Assembly: GCA_050273025.1 (NCBI GenBank)
Contig: CP158635.1
Span: forward strand, 868,001 to 932,000
DNA length: 64,000 nt
Direction: 5' to 3'
Source: Cenococcum geophilum
Lineage: Eukaryota
Positions 27,675 to 39,800 of the stretch are shown here, in pieces. The notes under the pieces are model-generated. The model had not been told where the DNA came from. It worked only from the letters and a program-made list of their open reading frames with translations, and ran no database searches. The translations under genes and the position numbers were made by a program. The number at the start of each line of letters is the position of its first letter. Position 1 is the first letter of the stretch.

Positions 27675-27934
27675 TGTTAAACGGACGATTAGGAATAAGA
27701 ACTCTCCTTATTAAAGAGGGCTCTAGAAGCTCTCTTATATACATTAAATAGGTCCAAATACAATAATAACGACGTCGTCATGTAGTAGGTCATAGTTAAG
27801 AGAAACAGGTAATAAGACGTTTAATAAGACATACGAGCTTAAGATACAAGACAACTGAGACATAGTTCGTATAGACGATCTAGGTCGTTAGACAGTATTA
27901 CGATAGTAGTAAGGAACTTCGATTTAGGTCGACA
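27675..27934 (-). repeat. Copia 1 5' LTR (260 bp)
   Basis: TGTT...GACA termini; its end GTAGTAAGGAACTTCGATTTAGGTCGACA matches the RIP-altered remnant at 14777-14805. Confidence 0.85.
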
Positions 27935-29533
27935 ACAAGACTCTACTAAAGCTCTACGTAAGGATCTATTAAAGCTCTGCACAAGGCTCTGCCTAAAGCT
28001 TACCCCCTACTACAAAGCACGACGGAGGTATAGAATTTACGAAACAAATCCATACCTACTAGTATATGTTAATTAAGCTCTATACAATGGGGCTCTAAAT
28101 TAAATCTTTGGGTTAATTAATCGGCTTATTAATCATAAAGTCGGGTCAAAATTTTCGTTAGGGGGTACTAACGATCCGCATATTACAGTTGTTAAGATAT
28201 AAGCGTTCTAAAAAGACGTATTTTAGTGTTTTTTGGTGCGGTTTGGGCGGTGTGCACGAGGTGGGGCCGTGCACAAGGTGGGAAGGACTTCTGTTGGTAG
28301 GGGGGGGGTACTTGGGCAGTCTCTTTGAGCTCAGCGACGTGTCACGTGACAGCGCGCGGGCCACCGTGTAGATATCTTCTCGGGGTCTTCGAGCCCCTGA
28401 GATTCTTCCTCATAGAGTATCATATGTATCATTCCATCAGCCTGCTCAGTGCCCTGACAACTTCTATTCCATATTAATTAGAGCTCTCGCATACGCGCTA
28501 AATGGCGACTTCTTATAATATAGCGACTCCATAAGCCCCGATCGCGATACTGCAGTCGCATTTGCAAGCCTTATATAATATTATCATCCTAACCTTCGAG
28601 GTCGTAATAAGTTTGTTTTCGGGGCGCCGCGGGCGTCGCGGGCGTTGCTGTAACTCTACTACGGCTCGTATGGGGGGCGAGCAAAGATGTAGGAAACGTT
28701 GATCGCGGAGAGGGCGTTGGCCGAGGGGGAGGCTCTATCGCTACACCAAAGTAGAGAGTCGCGATAGAGGCGTGGCAGAGAGGGGCTTATTCAAATCGCT
28801 TACCGACGTTGATCAAGCATTATACAAAGTCAAATCTAGAGCCTCATTATGGAGCCTTACCGAACAATTAACTCAATTACAGATTCAAATGAGCACGGTA
28901 GTAGCCGCCACTAATTACAAAACGGGTGGCACTAAAAGGCGCACGGATTGAACAGATTATGGTATGGAGGCGATTTGCAACCGAACGACCCCTAAACTTT
29001 ATCGAAATGGTAACACGGCCGAGTGGCTGTGAGTTTCCCTTCCCCGCTATGAAGTAATAGAACTACGTTAATTAATTTTACATGGCGCGACTTGAAAGCG
29101 CAAGCATTCCCATTGAATGGGTAGTATTCTCGGCTTTGCCTATGGGGGTTTGAATTCCTATGGACAGCTGCGATCTAATTCCCTTTTTGGAAGTTAACTA
29201 AACTGAGTCGAATATACGGCGTATATCAGAACTAGAGCTGATTAATAGGAACGCTGCATAGCTGTCCCTCAACAGATTACGTAACGGTAAAGCAGTGCCA
29301 ATTCAACCAAGAAATATGGCTGCAGTGCGTGGTTGTGGACGATTCTAAGTTTCCGAATGAGACGTTTTGGTCGGAGACGACGGACTCCTGCTACGTAAGG
29401 CCAGAGGCCTTATGGCAGTCTCCGGAACGTGACTGTGGGTTATTGAGAGAGCTTTTGCGAAACCCGAGCCTAATTGAGAGATAGACCATAAGTTCTCGCT
29501 GTACAGCGATTTTACGTAGTTTTGGGGCCCGTA

Positions 29534-32500
29534 GGTTGATCGTAAAGTAAAGTGTCGACCGTGACGGGTACTGTCAGACATCAGCTTCAGATTTGTCTCG
29601 ACCTATTTTCAATCTAGTTTCACCGATTCTCTAGGGACCCCTGTGGGGGGTACTACCTCATGTATATATAGTCTTTTTCCTTCATAGTTTAAATAGACAG
29701 AGTCCTCAATCTTACCTTACAATCGGTGCACGGACTACCGATCAACAGTTATAAGCCCGGGTGACTTACCATATTGCACCTATTAATTTAATTAACCCTA
29801 TCCCTCATCAAATACTTCATTTGTCCTTGCAAGTACCTTTCAATATAACTTCTTAAGCTACCTAAGCTATCACCACAACGGTAATATTATTAAACCAAGC
29901 TAATTGGGATAAATAGATCAACCTTATTAGGCTTTAAGCTTAAATAGGAGACATATAGGAATACGTCGACCCCTTAACCAAACAGGATTAGTTGCCCTAT
30001 TTACTTAAACTAGTCTTTCTTAGGCCTTAAGATGTGAAGATAGGAACAACCTTATATGCAGCTCTCTCTAAGGACGAGAAGGACGAGCTTTAAATTCTCT
30101 ATAAGAGGTATAAGATAGTAGAGAAGGAATACAAGAAGTAGAAGGCAGCTTTAACCTCCCTACAAAGCTATATCACTAGTGTAGTGGCTAGGAACCTTAA
30201 CACCTATATATTAGGTATCGACTCGGTATATAACACCCTAGTGGCTCTTAAGGAGAGGGTTGCCCCTACTAATACAGCACGTAAGCTGTACCTATCCACT
30301 TAATATGCCAAGGTTAAAAAGGGCCTAAAGAACCAGAACTTTAAGGCCTGGCTATAGCAGTAGAAGAAGATATACAATAACTGCAAAAAGATTAAATTAC
30401 CAGACGTAAACGGTGACTAAGTAATTAGAGACTTTCTACTGGCTATAAAGCCAGCATTACTAAACTAGGCTTTAACGTGGAGGGTTAAATTTAACAAATA
30501 TGACTGGGCTAGTAACTAAATAATATCTATAGATCGACTAGTTAAAATATATCGGAACTATTAACGAATAGAGACTGCCTAAAAGAGAAGGGATTAACTT
30601 AGTGCTAATACAGTGGGCTTCTAGGGTGTCACGGAACCCCACCGCAGGGGCCTCCATAGGAGAGCCCCGTGCTCTCGCGTACACCTCGCGTACAGCTTAT
30701 GTCAGCTACGCGTAGGTATATCACCTCCTTACGCCCTCGACCCTTACAATCGATCGCGCAACGTCTTATAGACTCCTCAAATACATACGTCTTGTAGCCA
30801 CTGCCCCGTCCCATAACATTACGTTGCGCCTTTTTACCACCGACACCCAGCCTACGACCAATTCTACGTCTCTGTAATACTATAGGCGCTACTAGAAGCA
30901 GCGTGCCTACGAGTTACCTTACTTTATACTTCTAAGGAACCCATAATAGTAAGACAATATTCCTTACTAGCCACTATATTAAACCCAAAGAACAATCTAA
31001 TACCTACACTCAACCTACGACGCCAATTAATCCCAGGAGAATTCGATTTATTAGCCCTAGCCTTAACCCCTAAGGAGATAGATACTAATAATGTCTTATC
31101 TTTTATTAACTATATAACTACGGACAAGCAAGCGGAAGGGCTACTACCTATTAAAATCGAAATATAAGACGCCGAGACGTTTATAAAAATGGTAGCATAA
31201 GAACCTAATAAATACTACCGCCTTCTATAGAACTACCACCTAAAGCTTATATAAGCCAAGATGCGTACTGCCTAAGATCGCGATATCATCCAAGACCTAT
31301 AAGCTCGCGAGGCGCTCGCCGACAACACGCGTCAAGAAACCAAAGACAACCTCCGCGTGTCTAAACGCGACGTCCAATAGTTAAAAAAAGCTGAGATTGC
31401 ACTTATTGCTACGGTTACTAAAAGAGAAGGCACAATTAAATACCTATAATCTTAGCTTAATAAGCACATTCGCAATAACGCCAGACACCTCTCTACTGTA
31501 TATAACGCCACTTAAGTCTCTACGCCCCCGGCAACTTTACCTACTTAACGCTTAATAGAGGGTTAGCGCCGAGCAGCCTTACCTAACAGGAACCCCTACT
31601 AAAGTAATAACGAAAGCTATAATAACCAAACCTAAGCTGCTACTATAGGGTCTAATGCACGTTACCCTAATCCCCTAGTTTTCTAGGGAGACCGCAAAGA
31701 ATACAGCTACTAGAAAATGCAAATCCGCGAGAAACTAACTTAGAGCGCCTGCCTTTTTCCTACGGAAGACACTAAGATTGGCTATATTATTGGGCAAATA
31801 AAGGGTATACTATTTAACAGACTCTTCGCCTAATAAGAGACCAATAGCCCCTAGAAGTGGCAGTCCCACTAAGAAGTCCTTAATAATCTTAACCTAATAT
31901 ACCGCGACTATAACCTACTAGCTACCAACCGAGCTAAACTACGTGCCCTAAAGATAAGCCCTACTGAATTATTCGACAAGTTCTATATTAAATTCTAGGA
32001 ATATACCGAAGCCCTCGCCCAAGACGATACTAAAGACCAAAAAGATCTCCTTAAAAAAGTCACTTATTGCCTTAGTCACGCAGCCGCCAGCTATAACTAT
32101 AATAATGTTTATAATATAATAGCAGCTATACAGAAGATTAAACGACGACTAAATTAGATCGCTACTATAAACCCCTACCTAAAGACCTCCCTATAGAAGC
32201 CCTCCAAACCTACTAAACCACTAATACCTACTACCCTAAGCAATACTACTGGTCCTAATATCGACCTTTCTATACTAACCTTCCCGCAAAAGCTACTAGA
32301 TGGAGAACGCGAGCTACTCTAGAAGCTAAAGCGTTGCTATAGATATTGTTAAGAAGGCTGTCACAGCTATAGCCCAAACTGCCTAATAGCTAGGTTTAGT
32401 AGCTACCGCCTAATACCTAACCTAGTACCTCAAATACTAAATACGTTGCTATATACCACTACCGTATAAGATAAAGACGCAGTAATAGCGGTAAAGTTGG

Positions 32501-35500
32501 ATACGGAAACGGAAAACGCCAAGTCCTAGCCCTAAGTCGCAGGTTAGGACGCCCTAACAATAAGGGGATCTATATATCGGCCTACTTAATAGATAACTTA
32601 GTAAAGATAAATAGACAGAAATAGATAGTTTTACCTATAATAGGAACTACTGCCAAAAAATAATATAAAAGCCGTTCTATAATTGATTGCGGAGCTACTA
32701 ATAAATTTATAGATACCTAATTCGTGCGCACTTATAACCTACCTACCTTACCCCTTACCAAAGCCCACGCCCTATAACTCGCTAACGGTAGTTATACCGC
32801 ATAAAAGATTACCCATATAACACAACTCCACCTAGATATAAATAGGCACCAGGAAGAACTCTAGGCCTATATTACACCACTTACTAACTACCCTATTATC
32901 CTTAGAATAAACTAGCTCGAACAACACAACCCCGCCATTAACTAGAAAAAGAGAAAAGTAACCTTTAACTCTAAATACTGTAGAGAGACCTGCCTAGGAT
33001 ATAGCCTAGCCGCCTCTATTTACTCCCTAGGATACCAACCCAAGGAACCCCTTATTACCCTACCTACAACTAACTGCCACTACATAAGTGCCGCGGCCTT
33101 CTACCGCATAGCATGTAGGAAAGGCTAAACCGTTACCACAGCCTCCTAATTACGACTATATAAGCTTAATAAAGAATAGGATTACGTCCTCTATAGTAAT
33201 AGGATAGATATAGTTAACCTTCTAGAAAACGATGCCCCCGTAGAACTCTACGGACTTTTACCTTTAGACTTTAAGAAGTTTATAAAGCTTAAAAAAGGAC
33301 TTACTAATAAGAAACTCCGCAAGCTCCTCCCTAAGAGGTACCATAACTTTATTAACATATGCTTATAAAAGAGCGCAGATACACTCCCCCTATATTAACC
33401 TAATAACTATACCATTAATATTAAATAAGGAAAAACGCCACCCTATAAGAGACCCTACCTAATATTAAAAGATAAACTTCTAGTTATTAAAAAGTATATC
33501 AACAAACACCTTAATAAAGGGTTTATTTGCCCTAGCATATCCTTAGCAGCTGCCCCTATCCTCCTCGCTAAGAAGCTAGGAGAAGGTATTTAATTCTACG
33601 TTAACTATAGAGGACTTAACGCTATCACGATTAAGAACTAATACCCTATACCGCTTATACGTAAGACTCTTAAGCGGCTTAGCTAAGCCAAAATCTATAC
33701 TAAGCTTAATATTATCGCCGCCTTTAACCGCCTCTAAATATAAGAAGGTAACAAATAGAAAACCGCATTCGCATCGCGCTTCGGCCAATTCAAATATACC
33801 GTTATACCCTTTGGCGTATGTAATGGCCTAGGCAGCTTCCAAAGCTATATTAATAACGCCTTATAGGACTACCTTAACAACTTCTGCTCTACGTACCTGG
33901 ACGATATACTTATTTATAGCAATAACCCTTCTAAGCATACCGAGCACGTTTAAAAGGTCCTATAGCGCCTTAGGGACGTAGGACTTTATATTAATTTAAA
34001 GAAGTGCGAATTCTCAGTTATAGAAGTAAAATACCTTAGACTAATTGTTACTACCAAGGGTGTCCATATGGACCCTAAGAAGGTACGCATAATTACTAAA
34101 TAGCAAACCCCTAACTATATTAAAGACGTATAAGCTTTCCTTAGTTTCGCCAACTTCTATTAAAAATTTATATACAACTTCTTAGGTGTTATAGCACTAC
34201 TTATAGCAATAATACGAACGAAGGGCCTTTCCGCGAAAGGAAGAAAAATATATCTATGTTTTATCTAGACGCCTAAATGCGAGAAGGCGTTCTAAGACCT
34301 TAAAGATACTTTTACCAAAGCACTTATCCTAGCTCACTTTATACCAGGACGACAACTCTATCTTAAGACTAACTCCTTAGACCACGTTAACGCAGGCGTT
34401 CTCTCCTAAATAGGCGATAACGGTCTCCTCTACCTAGTCGCATTCTATTCGTCTAAGCTTACACTATAAGAATATAACTACGAGATCTATAATAAGGAAC
34501 TTTTTGCGATTATATAAGCGTTTAAGGAATTCTAACCGGAACTCTCCTTAGCAGAACCTAACCAGCTAACTAAAGTCCTTACAGATTATCGCAACCTTAA
34601 GTACTTTATAACTATAAAATAGCTAAACCAACGCTAAGTATACTGGAACGAGTTCCTCTCTGGTTTTAACTTTAAAATTATATATAGGCTAGGAGTATAA
34701 GGTACTAAGCCTAATAGCCTAACACGCCGCTTATAAGACCTTCCTTAGTCTAAAGATAACCCCTATAACCAGTTCTAATAACAAACAATCCTAAAAGCAC
34801 GGAATTTAGCCCTAGGTATGCTACCTATAATAGAGCCAACTATACCTCAGCTCTATACCACAGAACTAGAATTACCTCCCGAAATTAATAAGCTTATCAC
34901 TACGGTATATAACACCTCTGTTAACCTATTACTATATTAACTTATTGCCGCAAAGACCGCTAGCGCCCGTATACTACTAACTAAACTCTAAAGCTTAGGC
35001 CAGATTAATATAGCAGCCTTAGAAGTAAAAGAGAATAGGCTCTATTATAGAGGCCGTCTATTTATCCCTAACTTAGAAAATCTACAACGGTAACTAATCT
35101 AAATGGCCTACGACCTCCAATTAAGCGGCCACCTAGGCAGAGGAGGAACCTATAAGCTTCTTAGCCGATACTACTTCTAGCCTAAAATAATAGACTTAGT
35201 TAAACGCTTTATAGGCGCCTGCTATGGTTATAAGCGTGCTAAGGCCTTTAATATAAAGTACCAAGGACTACTGCACCCTCTACCAGTACCCATATAATAA
35301 TAGGCAGATATCGCCATAGATTTTATTGTTAACCTACCACCCTATAAGCGATATGGCCGTACCTATAAAAATATCCTTATGATAATATACCAACTTATAA
35401 AAGAGCGCCACTACATCCTAACCGAAGGCGTAGCCGTTAGCGATGTTACTAACGCCTTCCTCCGCGAAATCTACCGATTATATAGGTTACCTGACTCGAT

Positions 35501-38400
35501 TACGTCCGACTAAGGTATATAGTTCGGCTCTAATATATAGAGACGAATCTGCTAACGCCTTAGTATCTCTGTTAAGATATCTATATCCTTCTACTACGAA
35601 ACTGCTGGGCAACTGGAAAACGCTAATACTAGCATGAAAGCGTACCTACGATAGGTAGTCGCCTATAGTCAAGATAACTAGGTAAATCACCTCCTACTAG
35701 GTGAATTCGCAGCGAATAACTACGTCTTAACTACTACAGGACTTACCCCGTTTTTCGCGAACAAGGGATATTACCCCTAATCCGGCATAGAACTACCAAA
35801 ACCTATTAATAAGAAACTGCCATATAGAAAACGCCTTAAGATGCTACTTACCGACCAGTATACAGACTATATAAAAAATCTACTCGACTACTATAAGGGA
35901 GAAATGGCCTGGGCTTAAGCAAAGTAGGCCTACTTCGCCGACTATTATAAAACGCCACCACCGAAGATGCGTGTTGGCGACTGGGTATAGCTAAATACAC
36001 GCAATATCTCTATATAGAGGCCTATAAAGTCACTTAATTATAAGAACCTCAGCCCCTACCTAATTAAATAAGTCATTAATAGGGGAGCCGCATACGAGCT
36101 AGAGCTCCCGCCTGCCCTAGCCACCCGCGGGATATAGCCTGTATTTTACCTATGGCTACTACACCTTTATTAGCCTAACCCCTTACCGGGGCAGATATAG
36201 CCCGAACTCCTACTAGTACTAATCTAAGATAAGAATAAAGACAAGAACTACAAAGAGTAGACCGTTAAACGAATTATTAACTCTAAATACTTTGGCAAAG
36301 GCAAAGGACGACGGCTCTACTACAGAGCTATATACACAGGATTTAACATAGATTAGCCAAAATGGCAACTATGGGAAGACTTCGAAAATGCAAAGGATCT
36401 AATTAGCGACTTTTACTACGCGAACCTATAGAAACCGGGCCTAAGCAGAGATTTTATACCTAATCCTCTATAAGAGCCCTTATAGAGTTAAACCGTTATA
36501 CATTGCCACGTAGGGGCAAATTGCCGTTAGATTGCCGTTAGATTACGGCAAAGTGCGATTACGTGACCAGAATATCGTTAAGATGTCCAGGAACTTTAAC
36601 CGGCGGTTAAAGTTGTCTAATTGGTTAGATTCTTAAATGCCAAGCCTTATTACATGACGTTGTTTTAAGCCTTTAGTAATACCCCCCTTTCTTCTTTTCT
36701 ATACCCTAAGTGTCCCTTCTATATATATATAGTAACCACAGCGTCGCCGGAGCTCCGCCTCTATAGGAGGGGGGGTAGTGTTACGGAACCCCACCGCAGG
36801 GGCCTCTATAGGAGAGCCCCGTACTCTCGCGTACACCTCGCGTACAGCTTATGTCAGCTACGCGTAGGTATATCACCTCCTTACGCCCTCGACCCTTACG
36901 ATCGATCGCGCAACGTCTTGTAGACTCCTCGAATACATACGTCTTGTAGCCACTGCCCCGTCCCGTGACATAGGGCGAGTTAATTAACAGATCTTATAAA
37001 GACGAGGCTCTTAAAAATAAGGCTCCTAAGGATAAGGTCCCTACTACACTATCTAGGACGTTAAAGAAGAAAGATACCCCAACGTGCTACTATAGAGATA
37101 TTTACTGGTTTCCGGATTGTCCTTATATTAACAAATTAGTTTAATTAAAGGATTAGAAATCTAATAAAGCCACGGCTATAAAAGTTAAAGAAAGGATTGT
37201 AAGCGCATTAGATTAGACTAAGTTAAAGATTAAGAAGATAAGGAAGGAGGCTTTAGGTAAGGAAGCTCTATAAAAGGAAGCCGTATAGAACCCAGACGGA
37301 AGTTAAAAGGAAGACAACCACGGTATCTTCACCGTATACTAAGTAGGCGCCTATAATACAGGTTCTGACTATAAGCTACGCGACAGCGTTATTTTTAATA
37401 ATGGAACCATGATATACGTCATTAATGATTAATTGAGATTCGTCGATAAGCTTTAACTAAGTAATAACTTCGTAACGCCGGAACAGGCCTAGATCTAGTT
37501 AAGGGTATAGAAACGGCAGTAGTTATAATCTAGACGCTAGCAGGCCCCAAGAGGATCCTACTAGCTAATGCAGCATATATACTAGCGTTCTATACAAATT
37601 TGGCCTATCTAGATAGGTTTAATAATAAGAATATATAGTGGGACAATAAAAAGAACCTACTATATCACAAAAACGATTATAAGACATTCGCCTATTACGG
37701 GCGATATTATAACTAAAACACGCTTAAATACAATGAGCCAAAAGCCTCATTTGCAATCCAATTGTAAGACCCCCTTCCTAATTAAGAAGTAGTAGGAAGG
37801 CTCTAGTATAAGAGACTAGGTTATATAGGACCCAACGCGATTAAGCATCTACCTTAAGAGGTAGGTGGTGCGAAGCTTTGAGGACCAACGACAATTAAAT
37901 ATGAATCCTGTGCTGTTAGCAAGGCTTATAAAATTATATTAAGAAGAGCACCTACTAATAAGGTAACAAGGCCCTTCTACTAAGTACATATCAACTTATT
38001 CCAGGAGATTGTGGTATATAACGGTTATAAATAGACGATACATTTCTATAACGAATTTCTGCAAATAAATGAGGTGGAGACCTTTGCCTAAAAGTTGTCG
38101 TTAATATAAGTAATTATACGATATTCAAACAGGGTAAAGCGTTAATATAATTAGAAGATTATGGTCATCCGAGTTAATAGCAAGACCTCCCTTGGTGGCA
38201 ACTTCTATAGTTAGACAAACTAAGAAGGAATCACGGTAAAGTAATTGGCTCCATATATAAAGTCTTAGAACAGTTCTGCTAAACGTTCTGGGGGGGTAAT
38301 TATTATTAAGTCTCGTTGCATGCGAATTGAAGCTTAATTACTAGAAGAGCTCTAGCTAGAGATTGTTAGAGCTATAGCGTATTTAATTAATCGGACACTA
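29534..38400 (+). mobile_element. Ty1/Copia LTR retrotransposon 2 (truncated in integrase, interrupted by Gypsy 2)
   Basis: LTR ~29534-29747 ending CGATCAACA then GTTATAAGCCCGG; gag similar to Copia 1; ends at integrase EL*LEIVRAIAYLINRT near 38400; no RT or 3' LTR. Confidence 0.85.
30627..36970 (+). mobile_element. Ty3/Gypsy (chromovirus-type) retrotransposon 2, full length, RIP-degraded
   Basis: 192-bp LTRs at 30627-30818 and 36779-36970; TSD TAGGG; protease IDCGAT ~32680; RT YLDDILIYS ~33893; RNase H; integrase; chromodomain-like VKRIINSK...LYYR...KWQLWEDF ~36260-36390. Confidence 0.95.
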
Positions 38401-39168
38401 AACGCCTAGCTCAACCATTGCATTCTTGTGACCAAGCAGTTGAGTTGATTCATTTTCTCGTTCTTGCCATGAATTGTTTTCCTCTGGCGCATGAGGTCGC
38501 TTCTTAGATTCTACATCTGACTGCATTAGGCCCGGCGTAGCCGCATGCAACGCTGGAGCGTCGGCCTGTGCTCCTAGCTCGATTTTCTCTGTAATTATTT
38601 CTTCTGTTGGCCGAGGAGCCTCGACGCTCCGGCCTGGTCCATTTAAAGTCGTCCATGCAACCTGTTTTGCATACTTTATCCATTGTTTGTTTACCTCAGA
38701 CCATTTCTCTTTTGTAAGCTGGTATACTCTGGAAGTTGCGCCGTAATTTTTGTGTACCTCAGCCTGGTATCTCTCAAAACTGTCTTTTGCTTGTTGCAGG
38801 TCTGACCAGAATTTGTCGGCGGTGCTTAGGGTCCTGCGATGGGGAAGATAAGGCAAAGGCGTTATGGTGAAGTTGGCGTGACCGAGCTCTTGTGCCCAAT
38901 CTTCTTCAGTTCGTGTCCACAAGTCGTCAAGCTTGCTCCTAATACGCGTGAATGTCTTGTGTTTTGATTGGTTGTCTCCTGCTATGCTTGGTCTGCTTTC
39001 TTGTTGCGAAAAGATCCTTCGAAGGGAGAAGCGCCGTTGTAGGCCTTTCGATTTGCCTCGTTCTTTGCCGAAATAGCGAGTGAGAGTATCGAGATCCAGG
39101 CTAATCGTATTGCGTTTATTGGACGAGGAAAAACCGGCACCAGTAGGACCGCCAGCCATGGTAGCCAC
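38398..39168 (-). CDS. Uncharacterised 256-aa protein resembling a conserved Pezizomycotina family of unknown function
   Basis: Only long intact non-repetitive ORF; balanced GC with CpA/TpG retained; motif LGHANFTITPLPYLP...YGATSRVYQLTKEKWSEVNKQW recalls the family motif LGHANF.I.PEPY.P...HYG.TS..Y.LTE.KWAEID..W; no evident signal peptide. Confidence 0.7.
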   Translation of the reverse strand: MATMAGGPTGAGFSSSNKRNTISLDLDTLTRYFGKERGKSKGLQRRFSLRRIFSQQESRPSIAGDNQSKHKTFTRIRSKLDDLWTRTEEDWAQELGHANFTITPLPYLPHRRTLSTADKFWSDLQQAKDSFERYQAEVHKNYGATSRVYQLTKEKWSEVNKQWIKYAKQVAWTTLNGPGRSVEAPRPTEEIITEKIELGAQADAPALHAATPGLMQSDVESKKRPHAPEENNSWQERENESTQLLGHKNAMVELGV

Positions 39169-39800
39169 TTATCGTCAAGGTACCAACTGCAAACTGGTGG
39201 GAGCAAGCTGGAAGTGGAGTGGAGAGGCATTGGTATTTTCAAGTTCCAGGCTATAAGTGGAGGTAAAGATTACCGCTGCTCAGCCCCAGGTTGTCTCAGC
39301 CTTGTCAAGCGTCTCTGGTACCATTCTGGACGGCCTTTTCTGTGCGAAGACATATTAAACATGAACAACCCCGTCTCGACTATAAGCAATTGCCGGTAGC
39401 CAATTTGGAGTATCATTAAAAACATTCCTAGTAGTTAGTTAAATCGCCACAAACTGAGGTGTCGATAATCGTAATATTGTCTGGGGCAATGGCAAAGGGC
39501 TGAGCTGAAGGTGCAGAAAATTCTCGGCGGTCGGAAGCTTAGCTGAGAATTGCAGCCAATCATCACACCTTCGCAGTGGGTAATGCAAATCTCCCAATAG
39601 ACGCCATTAGTGGAGTTGTGAAAAGGACAGCACAAATACTATCCCTTAACACGTCAATTCGGGTCCTTAGGTTATCGATAAGGATTAACCAATTAGATCA
39701 GCTAAATTTGGTGCCCGTTCTCAGGAATATGAGGTTACCATATTACCTCAGCAAGCTCAGACCATAGAATCAATTAGCAGACATACGTATACGGGTTCCG

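Larger units (their letters stand above)
14777..27934 (-). mobile_element. Ty1/Copia LTR retrotransposon 1 (RIP-degraded, interrupted by Gypsy 1)
   Basis: 5' LTR 27675-27934 (TG..CA) followed on the minus strand by GTTATAAGCC (PBS-like); gag ATG at 27577; order gag-protease-integrase-RT-RNase H; RT read-through GYLMRF|KAYLYVRDNL across the insertion; polypurine tract at 14806-14815; 3' LTR reduced to ~29 bp (14777-14805). Confidence 0.9.

Noticed and set aside
38982..39767. Short ORFs overlapping or upstream of the 256-aa gene
   Set aside because: Non-ATG starts, no recognisable motifs; expected by chance in GC-balanced DNA
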